From: Vitrella brassicaformis CCMP3155
Lineage: Eukaryota; Protista; Chromerida
Assembly: GCA_001179505.1 (NCBI GenBank)
Contig: CDMY01000319.1
Span: 1 to 64,000 of the forward strand
Direction: 5' to 3'
DNA length: 64,000 nt
Shown here: one piece after another, positions 10,534-21,397 of the stretch
Layout of the letters: each line of letters opens with the position of its first letter
How positions within the stretch are numbered: position 1 is the stretch's first letter
Position numbers and translations under genes: made by a program
The notes under the pieces: model-generated
Database searches by the model: none
What the model saw: the letters and a program-made list of their open reading frames with translations, nothing else
Told to the model about the DNA's origin: nothing

Positions 10534-12542
10534 CGCCGCACTTCACCTGCAAGGCTCAGCCGGCTGTCTGTGGAGCTGTGAAGGCGTCACACAGGGCGAT
10601 TCGATGGCGATGTTCGTCTACGCCTGCGGCAGCCTTCCCCTCATCCATGCCCTGCGGGCTGCCTGCGCTGAGGAGGGATATGAGATGCCGTCGAGTGGGG
10701 CATGGGATGAGTCAGGCAGCGATGGGTCTGGGTCAGACATGGACGAGAACGAAAACGCGCCATCAGAAGCGCAAGAGAGGCCAGAAGAAGCCAGTGACAC
10801 GCCACCAGAAGCAGAGGGGGATGGTGCGGGTGTATGTGTGTGTTCTGATGTAGAAGGTGTTGGAGTTGGTGAGGAGGAGAGTTTGTCGGCCTCGTCAGCC
10901 CCGTCGGCCTCTTCATCTAGCGCTTCGCTGCGGCAGTGCTGGTATGCGGATGACTCGTCGGCGCTCGGCAAACTTCACGGCATCCTCGTGTGGTTTCGAG
11001 CCCTGCGTCGCATCGGTCCCTCATACGGCTATCACCCAGAGACCGCCAAGTCCTTCCTCGTCGTCAAACCCGAGCTCGAGCAGATCGCAAGGGAACTCTT
11101 CGAGCCCGAGGGGGTGCAGATCGTCACGGGCAAGAGGTTCCTGGGCGGCTACGTGGGCGATGAGGGGGGAAGGGCGGCGTTCCTCTGCGAGAAGGTCGAG
11201 GGGTGGGTGCGCGGCGTGCGCGCGCTCACGTCTGCTGCCCGCAACTTCCCACACACGGCCCACGCGGCAATGACGAGGTCTCTGCAGATGGAGTGGGACT
11301 ACGTCTTTCGTGTCGTGCTCACCGACGAGTGCGCTCTCAGCCCCCTCCGCGAGGCCATCGCCAAGGAGCTGCTGCCGGCCCTCCTCGGCGGCCCTGTGAC
11401 GCCGTCCGAGGTCGACCTGATGCTGCTGCCTGCCCGGCATGGCGGCACCGGCATACGTGACCCTCTCGACCGTGCCGCAGCCGCCTACCCCGCTTCCCGC
11501 GCGAGCACCAAGGTGGTCTCCAAGTCCGTCCAAGGCAAGGCTCCGTTCCACCCTGGCGACCATCGTGCCACCATCCGCCACGCCCTCACCCGGAGCAAGC
11601 AGCAGCAGGACGTCGCCCACAAGACCAAGAGGGAGGCCGCCCTGCCGCACATCGACCGCCGGCGCCATCGCGTCCTCTCCCGCAGCGCCGAGTACAAGAC
11701 GTCCGGCTGGCTGACCACCCTCCCGTCGACAGACAACAACACTGGTCTTGATGCTGCGGAGTTTCGAGATGCCCTCAACATGCGTTACGGCCGTCACCCC
11801 CCCGGCCTCGCTGCACGCTGCGACCACTGCAACCAGCCCCTCACCGTCGACCATGCGCTGTGCTGCAAGCGGTACGGCCTGGTGATTCGTCGCCACGACG
11901 AGCTGCGGGACACTTTTGCCGAGCTGATTGGGATGGCGTGGGGGGACGCTGGTGTGCGTCGGGAGGTGGTGTTGAAGGAGGGAGAGGAGGGGGAGGGTGG
12001 GGTCAGGGCGGACATCGTCGCTCGGGGCGTGTGGGAGCGGCAGGCGGCTGCGTCGTTTGACATCTGTATTACGGATCCTGACGCAACGTCTTACGCTTCC
12101 AAGAACCGATCGACCAAGTCCATCCTGAAGCAGCACGAGACCGCCAAGAAGAAGAAATACCGCTCGGCCGTCTGCGACTCCCGCGTGACCTTCTGCCCTC
12201 TGGTGGTGACGTGTGACGGTGTGTGGGGACACGATGCCAACGTGTTCATCGCCCACATGGCTCATGCGCTGTTGGAGAAGGAGGGGTGGAAGGGTCGGGG
12301 GTTCAGTCATGTGTCTGGATGGATTCGCTCTCGCTTGTCTATCGCCCTCGCGCGTGCGACTAGCTTCTGTCTGCGTGGGGGAGGGAGGGGAGGGTTTGCG
12401 GGACTGGGGTGTGCTGATGGGGCGGGGATTGATCCCTCCTCCCCTTGAGCCTGTTTGAGTCTGCGTGCTGATGGGACTGTATTTGTATGAGTATCACGGA
12501 CACACAGACGAGTGTTACGGTTAATGACAGTTTCCCCCCCAA
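10534..12542 (+). mobile_element. 5'-truncated CRE-clade (RLE-type) non-LTR retrotransposon
   Basis: Uninterrupted frame to the stop at 12448 with RT motifs GVTQGD, WYADD and FLGGYVG; LPARHGGTG; zinc knuckle CDHC-x7-H-x3-C; RHDELRD; and RLE motifs RADIV, FDICIT and KKKKY. Boundaries come from the empty site in copy B. Confidence 0.92.
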
Positions 12543-12621
12543 CAGACAGACAGACAGAGAGGCAATGAATGGATGATTGATTGATTGATTGTCTCTGTGT
12601 GTCTGTCTCTTCTGAGTGCAG

Positions 12622-13154
12622 GAGGTCTGGATGAATCGTGGGATGGAGGCCGACAGCAACAGCGACGATGATGACAAGGGTGTGCTCACCACCATCAGCA
12701 GCCATGACAACCACCTACCGGCAAACCCATCGCACACCGCGGACATAGACACACCCAAGAAGCGCGGCCGCCCGCCCAAGAGTGTCGCCGGCCGCAGCAA
12801 CCAGCAGCAGCAGCAGCACAACAAGATGACAACGGTGCAGGAGTTCTTGTCGTCGCTGCCCGAGGCTCAAGTCCAGACAGCCATCGCCAACCTCTTCGAG
12901 CAAGACACCGAGGGCGAGGTCAGCTGACACACACTGACACACTCATGTGCACATGGAGACGCGGGAAGGGCTCACACGAGAGTGTGTGTGGTCATGGTGT
13001 GATGTGTGTGTCATCAGGTGCCGGCGTACCAGTCTGGCTCGACGTTGGAGTTGGGGCGAGCGGAGCTCGGCGTGCTCAAGTTCATAGCAAACAGATCGCT
13101 GCTGGCGCCTGGTATTTCATATACACCACACAGACAGAGGGGCACATTGGTTGA

Positions 13155-13186
<32 letters not shown>

Positions 13187-14564
13187 AGTGTACGAAGGTG
13201 ACGTGGCCACTCAAGAAGGAAAAGATCGCATCGTGTGCGGCACAACTGTACGCAACCACCGACGCACACGCACACACAACACACACAGACAGACAGACAT
13301 ACACGTGCAACGCCACCCACTCACTGCCCCCCTCTCCCCGTCTGTTGTCTCTGTGTGTGTGCAGGGGGCTGTGGGTGGTCGCCTGTCGTCTGAGTGAGAT
13401 GTACTTGTCCAACACAGCCGACTGGCTAGTCAACGCAGCACGCACCTACTACAAGCAGAGGCGCCGCACCTCTGACAGCATCAACAGCTGTGGGGAGGGA
13501 GGGGAGGGAGAGGGAGAGGTGCAGCCACAGCCACACGCCATGCACGACCCGAGCCGAACCCAGTTCCTTCGCAAGCAGGCCCAACAGCTGATGGTGGAGA
13601 TCGGGCAGCGCGAGGCAGCCATGCGTCAGATGGGCGCCGTGTCGGCCAGTGCCGTTCATGACCTGCTCGCGCTGTCATCCCACCTCCTGCACGACTACAA
13701 CGACGTCCTGCTGCCTGTCGAACGGGACCATCTGGATTTCTTCGTCAGTGCCTTCAGCCAGTCGAGCAGCCACGCCGCCGCGTCATGCCCGCCCAACCAC
13801 ACACACCACCAGACACACACACCTGCCCCCTGTGCACATGACACCACCACCACCACCAACAGCGGCACCAACAGGAGCAGAAATGGCGAGGCGGGCAAGC
13901 AGGGCGGCTACAGAGGCGCACCTCAAGGCTTTCCGTACCACGTGAGTCTGTCAGTCAGTCACGCACAAACACAGACAGACAGCTCATGTGTGTGTGACTG
14001 TATGTGTGTGTGCAGGTGTATGAGCAGTGTGTGATCGCTTAGTCAGCCCACATAAGACACACCACAAAGACATGTATTATCGCCGTGTACATGTGTGTGT
14101 GTGTGTGTGTGTGTGTCAGCATGAAGGTCACCGTGATGGGCGCCAGGCTGCCTGACCTCAACACGCCGCCCGGCCTGGACGTCGTTTGGCATCTGCAGGT
14201 GGCCGCAGAGGACTGGGTCCACGAAACGATCCAACACGCCAGGAACGAGGTGCGTGTAATCCTGTCGACCCAACCACGCCACACCGACACAGGGAGAGAA
14301 TGGTGTGTGGCGTGTGTGTGTATCTGTCAGCACATCAACGTCTTCGACCATGTGAGGCTGTCGCTCCGAGCGAGGCAAGACGAGGCGCGGCGGCGATGCG
14401 GGATCAGACCGACACCTCACCCCAGCGACAGCCAGCCTTGTCCACCAGCCATGACCTCGCTGCTGGACGTGTGCGCGTCGTGCATCAGCCGCACACACAC
14501 GCGAGTAGCCACAGTAGAGAGACGGATGACTGACACACTGACTCTGATGCTGACTACCGACTGA
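12622..14564 (+). CDS. AT-hook hypothetical protein, copy A (exon 1 lost; possibly a pseudogene)
   Basis: Exons 2 onward splice in frame and contain KKRGRPPK. The exon 1 seen in copy B is replaced by the retroelement. Confidence 0.7.
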
Positions 14565-14820
14565 CGTGTCTGTGCCTCCGTGTGAGTGATGGATGGATGG
14601 ATGGGTGAATGGATGGAAGGGGAGATATTGGAGTGTGTTGTGTGAAGACCGAATCCGGATATTGAATGCTATCATAATCCGATGGAGATGGATGGATGGA
14701 GAATCGGAAGAGACCGAGAAGCGCTGTATTTACAAGACATACACATGAACTCATGCAGCCATGCATGCCGTCACAGCTGCAAGTGAGTCAGCAACACCCA
14801 CATGCATCGATCTATTCTAT

Positions 14821-17680
14821 CTATGTGTGCAGCCGCCCGTACTGCTCGACTGTCTCCCTCATGATCCGCCTAAGCGCCGCATACAGCTCCTTCTCCACCT
14901 CTGCATGCAACCTCTCCCTCTCAGCCTCCAACTCGCTGTCACCATCAGCAGGCTCACTCGATTTCCCGCTGGCTGCCTCCTCCTTGTCCGCCGACGCACT
15001 GCCGCCCATGGAGGGTCTTCCATCATCAGCAACAGCACCTGCTGCCGGCTGCCGTTGTGTCGCATTCGCCGTGTCCTCTAGATCTGTCCGCGCTTGCTTC
15101 ACGAGCTTCTGTGAGCCGGCGATGGCATGCGGATCTTGCTGTGTGTGTGGGGCGGTTGGGGCTTCCAGCTGTAGTTGGTCTGCTGTGGTGGTAGTGGTTG
15201 TGTCGATGGTGAGGGTGTTGAACGTTTTGAGTGAGGGGATGGCCTCAGCGATCCGCGAGAGGAGGAGGGAGGGGGAGGGCAGGCTGTCCACCAGTGGATT
15301 GTTGCTGATGCGCAGGTCTGTGACACCTGCAACCAGCCATTGAAAGAAAGCGCAAGAGATGGAATTCTGAGGTCATCCATCCATCCATATGTGTGTGGAG
15401 TACGGTGTGATGCCATTGATGGGTGTACTGTACCTTTGAGCTTCTGTAGTGGCCTGAGCTGGTCGACGGTGTGGATCTTGTTGTACGCGAATGACAGCGA
15501 CGAGAGGAACTCGAATGACATCAAACCGCCTAGACTCGATTCAGTGCACACCTGCAGTTGACATGCATTGATTGCAACCGACCATGGTGGATTGCAATGC
15601 ATTCAGGTGCTATCTCTGTTGACTGACTGACGTGCTCTATTTGTATGTAGTTGAAGCTGATGCATCGGACGGTCCCCTGGTACTCGCGCTTGTTCAACGC
15701 ATCAAGCGCCCTGACCGAAGCGACACACATGGATGGGATGGGCAACACACGTACGGATGGCCGGCACATGGTTGATGAATTCATTGCTGTGTTCACTCAC
15801 TCACCTCCCGTAGACCAGCAAATTCGACGCGTCTTCCCGCCTCACGTACCCATACCTACACCACAGCGGTACTTACAGAGGACATGGAGAGAGATTCAGC
15901 TATGCAGCCCTGCCCTACCTCGTGTGGGGCGTCTTGCCTGCCGCCTCCGCCTGATGCCACATGGTCCTGATCTCACTCAACACTTCATGCCTGTTGATTC
16001 CACAACACAACACAACACAACACACAAGACAGCCGCAGATCCACTGGCTGGCCCATACATGGCAGATCCACTGGCTGGCCATCCATGTATGGGCGCTTCA
16101 CCCAAGTGTCCTCCCCTACCGATTTGGCGATCTCGTTATTGCTCCGTCATCTATTGAGCCCTCCCTTCGCAGCACAGGCGCGGCGGCAGACGTCGGCCTC
16201 CCAGTGGCACATGGCGTGCTCGACCTACGCACACGAGAGGTGGATGTGAACAGGGCCGAGAGGGGCAGCGGGGGCTTGGGGCCAAGCGTAGGCCTCTTGG
16301 CACTCACAGCCTCCCTCTCCCCAGCATCGGCAGCCAACGCGGCTCGGCCGCCTTCACTTCTCTCCACCCTCCTGCCGTCCAGCACCTTAATGTGAGGATA
16401 CCTGTCGATGACCTCGCCTCTGTATCTGCTCTGAGAGACCCCCTCCTGCAGCGGGTTGCCTTCCAGTGACAGCTCGGTGAGGCACACCAGCAGCGCGACA
16501 CCCGAAAAGGCGTCGAAGGTCGCCAGGCTGTTGCTGGCGAGGTTGAGGCGCTCGAGGGAGGGGAAGGCCAGCTGGGAAGCATGCGATGCGCCGCTGGTGG
16601 CGGCCACGTGTGCGATGTGATTTCTCTTCAGGTTGAGGTCGAGCAGTGACGGGAAGCGGGCAAGTGGGGGGGTCGTGAGGGCGACGGTGCCCTTGACCTG
16701 GTTGGATGAAAGGTTCAGCACCTCAAGTGAGTCAAGGGGTGGGATGGCCTCCAGCGACTCGATGCTGCGAACACACAATGTGAGGCGGGAAAGAGGGGTG
16801 GATTGGATGGACACATCAATCACATGTGGAGGTTTATGTGATTGATGTACCTACAGGTTAGCGTGTAGGTCGATGTTCTTAAGTCGCTTCAGCTTCGTCA
16901 GCCCCTCTTCGTTGGGCCGAATAAGTGTCCGCAGCCGGTTCCTGCCCACCATGAGCGTCTTGAGGTTTGTCAAAGACTCGACCCCCGACACATCCGTCAA
17001 CTGCGAAGGAAAAGGGCGAAAGGTGTGCGAACGAACAATACCCGTGTGCGTGATGCGTGTGCGTGCGTCTGCAGGTACCTACCTGATTGTCGTAGAGGTC
17101 GAGGAATACGAGTGAGGGAAGGGGTGAGATGCTGAGTGGCGCCACAGAGGTGATGGCGTTGTGCTGCAGCTGCAGGCATATCTCATCTCCCGTCAACCGT
17201 CATGTAACCGTTGCTGAATTGGCTTACATTCAGCAACCGAAGCCGCTCCTCACTCTGGATCTCAGGACACACCTGCAGGTCACGGTGAGAGAGCTGCACC
17301 AAACACACACACACACACACGCAGAACGACACAGATTGTCAAACGAAACCAGCATTCATCCATCTCACCGTGAGATTCTCCGGGGTTTTGCTTCTCTCAT
17401 CATCACCTCTGCGAAACGATGGAAGCACCGCCTCCCCCTCGCCAGCCTCCTTTGTCGGCTGTGAGCTGCGATGTGTGGCGGGGCCACCGGCCGAAGGCGA
17501 CGGCTGCTCGTGGATGGCCTGCGCATGCCCCTCGAGCGAGAACTGGGCCTGCACAGTGGGGCGGTTGGTGCTGGAACGAGCTGGGGAGCCCAGAGGGGAT
17601 GCGCTGGCTTGGGAAGGGCTGCTCTGTAATGCTGGCGTCAGAGATCTGGCAGGCCCGGCGGATTGAGGCCTCGACATCAT
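14821..17680 (-). CDS. LRRC49: LRRC49-like leucine-rich-repeat protein, multi-exon
   Basis: LRR series LQLQHNAIT, LVFLDLYDNQ, LMVGRNRL, IDLHAN, LNLSSN, LNLKRNHI and LSLEGNP, then an LRR cap RYRGEVI..IKVLDGRRV. A second C-terminal LRR-like block (CISFNYI, LSFAYNKI) matches the LRRC49 layout as recalled. Confidence 0.7.
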
Positions 17681-17832
17681 GACGTCATGCTGCTGGCGAC
17701 TGCCGGTTCTGAGCTCGCAGGCCCCCAGTCTCAAGGGCTGCCCCCATACTATGGCCGTGACATAATCAAGTGACTCACAAGTGAGTGAAGGTAAAGCGGG
17801 GCTCGGTGACTTTGCATGTTCCTGGGATCGTC

Positions 17833-20040
17833 ATGCGTCTGAGCCAACAGTACGAGGCTTCACGCAAGACCGCGCGTGAAGGTAAGCAGCGGGTGCCATG
17901 CAGGCGTCCATCCAGCTGTGTGTCTTGCAATGTTGTCTTGTTGTTGCAGCGTATGCCCGTCAGTTCCACGCTAGCGGCATCTTCTCGGCCAAGGAGGCGG
18001 CTCCGCCCGCCTCGGGCCGGAAGTCCATGCCGCAAGGTGTGCCCCGAGAGAAGAAGACAGCCCAGCCACTGCTGCACGAATGCATGTATGGTAACATTGG
18101 TGTGCAGGTCGGCGGCGGGACCAGACGAGCCACGAGATGTTCGGCAGTGTGGAGCCGACGGACATGCCTCGGGCGTCGCTCCAGAGACAGCTGTCGACCT
18201 TCGTCCCGAGAGAGGACTTCCGCACCGCTCGGGAGCGCTGCATTGAATTCAACTCCTCCTCGCCCAACATCATCAGGTGCATCTCGCGTGGATTTCACCT
18301 GCATGACATTCATTGTCGGGTGCTGTATGTATGTGGTCTGTCTGTCAGCTCCGACTATCCCACTGGGAAGAGCCCCATGCCCACGGGCGGCAAGCTCACC
18401 CACCTGCTGCCCCTCTCCGCCGAGACGGCCGAGGACGTGTTCGCCGAGAACTTCGGACAGCGGGCCGCTGTAGACCCCCTGGCGTCGTACCGTGCCAAGC
18501 AGTACATGGGGGAGCAGCTGTCGTCCGCCTCGTCCAACTGGATGACCCATCGCAATGCCACCAGCAATGAGGGGCCGCAGTACTCGCCCAGGGACAAGGC
18601 GAGGCTGCAGAATGACAGCGAACTGTTCGGCCTCTCCCCGTCCCCTGTGCCGCAGAAAGACACGGTGGGTGGGTGGCATGAACGTGAAGAGCGAGCAGAG
18701 ATCTCATTGATTGATTGCCCTCTGTGTGTGTGTTCAGAAGGCCGAAGCTGCTGAGAAGGAGGCCACGCAGCGCCGCCGCTCAAACCCATACTTCAGCGAC
18801 CTCTTCGGTGTCGCCTCGCCTCCCTCACTCAAGGAAACTGTAGGAATGGCACTGACTCATAGAGGGAGGAAGAGACAGACATGCATGAGCTTCGGGGGTT
18901 GCTGGTGTGCGTGCGTGTATCTCTTGCAGGGCATGTTTGGTGACCAAGCAATGGTGGACACAATGAAGGCCGACAAGCAGGTGACCATCTACAACGACTG
19001 GATGGACTCGCGGACCGAAATTGCTAGGTAGGGTGGGCAAAGGAATACACCAAGAATCAATCCCGCCCACGTGGCTCGCTCGTCTTTGGTGCTTTCTTTT
19101 CTCAGGCGGCTTGGCACACCTCAGCCCGAGACCGCTGGCACGGCGAGACAGAGGAAGATGGACGAGACATATGGCCACCGGGTGCCTCTCTTTTCGGAGT
19201 CCATGCCCCCACCTAAGGACGCAACAGTCAGTGACGGCAGCCCAGCCACACACGCATTCTTGCTGATGTCGTTCGTTTGTGGGTTTCAATGAATATATTT
19301 GTCCAGGTGTCTAAGGTGACGGGAGAGACCAGGGCTATGCCGAGGATCGACCTCAACGCAACCGCAAAGGAGAAACATCAAACATTCCTTCAGGTGGGTG
19401 CGACACGCACTGGTGGAGAGCGGTCGAAATGGATGTGCTGAATGCATTTGCCCATCCATCCATCCATCCATCAGTCGACGATGTTGGGCAAGGAGTTCTA
19501 CGACACGGCGTCGAAGGTTGGGACGTTCGAGGTGGTCAATCTGAACCTGATGGGGCTCAAACCTGACACGACAGAGGAAGACATCAAACAACTCACCAGG
19601 AGGTCAGTCAGTCATTGAGGCAAAGTCTCTCTCTACCTGTCACGTCACGTGTCCACGTGTGCGATTCCCTCGTTGTGTGTGATCATATGATGTGTGGGTG
19701 CAGCTGTGGCGTGCACACCGTCAAGATAATCACGGTACGTCCCTGCTGTGTCAGTCAGTTATGTGTCTTTGTGCGTCAATGACATTGTTCGTGTCTCTTT
19801 TCGTGCAGGACACTGACCCGGTCAACGGCCGATCCAAAGGCCGTGCGCGCGTCGTCATTCGGTGCCCACTCAGCACACAAAAGGGGCTCGGCCATGTCCA
19901 GTGTGTGTGTCTTGTGTTGGTGCGATGCGATGCGATGCGAGTGTGTGTGCAGAGAGGTGGCTGGCGACACAGGGTTGGATAAGCTGACGAATGCGCTGCA
20001 GTCAATGGGCATCGCCGTCAGAGAAGTAGCGGATGTCTGA
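17833..20040 (+). CDS. Multi-exon protein with C-terminal RRM-like domain
   Basis: About 10 GT-AG exons. C-terminus has LNLMGLKPDTTEEDIKQL (RNP2-like) and GRSKGRARVVI (RNP1-like). Confidence 0.7.
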
Positions 20041-21397
20041 TGACGACGACACGACACGATAGGCACACCACACCCTGCGTGCTGTGCCTGACTGCTTATG
20101 ACTGACACACGGACGGACGGATGTACGGATGGATGGATGGATCCATGCGATGAATGCGGAACTAACTAAGTGGAAGGGTCATCGATTCATTCACTCAATG
20201 AATGCCGCAAGTAACAAAGAAGCGAAGGTTAGGTTATGCTATGTACTGTCAGTCAGGTGTGGAGTATTCCATTGAGGTGAGGATAGCATCGACACGCAGG
20301 CAGGCAGGCAGGCAGGCAGGCATGGACACGTGTCTGTCACGTCACATATGGTATGGTCGGTTGTTTGGTTGGTCATGTCACAAATGCACACCCTCGTGCA
20401 CACACATGTCACATGATGCATCCTATGCTATGCTGAACAGCCCTTGCAGGTTCACATGTATGCAGCCCAGCCACCGCACCGTAGAGGACCCACTGTGCCA
20501 CACACACCGTACGAGTCAGGCAGGCAGGCAGGCAGGCAGACCACAAGCGCCGCATAAACTTCGCCATGGCCCTCAGACAGACAGACAGACAGCGCACGAC
20601 ACACAACACAGGCAGGGCAGCAGCCGTCACACACATGAACCAACCGAGCTATATATATATCACAATCAATAAGAATAACAATCGATCGCATCAGACATAC
20701 GCCAAAAAGACACACAAACCCGAGGAAGGGAGAGAGAGATGGGCCCACATAGATAGGATAGATAGGATAGATAAGATGTGTGTGTGTGTGTGTCTATGTC
20801 ATGAAGAATACATGTGTGTGCATCTGATATGATGTGTGGATGACAAAGCCCACTCAAACCATCCATCCATCCGACCCCTGCGCCCTCCCTCCCCCTCCCC
20901 CTCCCTCCTGTTGCTAAGCTACCTTTACAATCTCTCTAATTGACTGACAAGGACCAAGAAACGCACACACATAACAACAGTAAGACAGAGAAAGGGGAGG
21001 GAGGGGATGGGGTATCTATCCATCTAGTTTGGTGCGAGGAAGGTGAAAGGTGGGGATGGGGAGGAGGAGACAGGCAAGAAAGCGACACCTCACTGCCTGC
21101 CTGACCGACCGATGGCTGCACGCACGCATCAGACAGACAGCTCCAGAAGAAACACTTTCCTGGGCAATCCATCCAACACGCGCTCGCTTCGCCAGCAGGC
21201 CAGCCAGTGACAGTGACAGGCAGGGCAGACAGGCAGGCAGGCAGGCAGGCACAGGTCGGGAGGGAGGGAGCTAGGGGGGAGGGAGAGAGGTAGGGAGGAA
21301 AAAAGGGCGTCTGTGTCCCTCCACATGCAGGTCTGCATGCGGCCCGCCCATCGGGTGGCCATCTATCCGTCACCCACCCGTGCCGTGTGTGGGCTCA

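Larger units (their letters stand above)
10323..14590 (+). repeat. Inverted segmental duplication, copy A (interrupted by a retrotransposon at ~10534-12542)
   Basis: 10362-10533 and 12543-14590 are reverse-complement homologues of 62980-62820 and 62657-60590. ORF-track peptides are near-identical (MQEADMI...; MCHQVPAYQSGSTLELG...). Confidence 0.95.

Noticed and set aside
11021-12310. 429-aa antisense ORF over the retroelement
   Set aside because: Shadow ORF of GC-rich coding sequence with no recognisable motifs.
14040-14042. Apparent TAG nonsense codon in AT-hook copy A (CAG in copy B)
   Set aside because: It straddles a phase-2 donor (TA|GTCAGC). Splicing gives TAC and keeps frame in both copies.
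16040-16090. Short tandem duplications (also 37700-37760, 56765-56790, 20750-20775)
   Set aside because: Two- to three-unit slippage repeats in introns or intergenic DNA with no unique spacers. Not CRISPR-like.
20040-21380. Many 60-150 aa ORFs rich in CV/HT/GW/PS dipeptides throughout the window
   Set aside because: Translations of (GT)n, (GGAT)n, (CAGA)n and (GCAG)n microsatellites.
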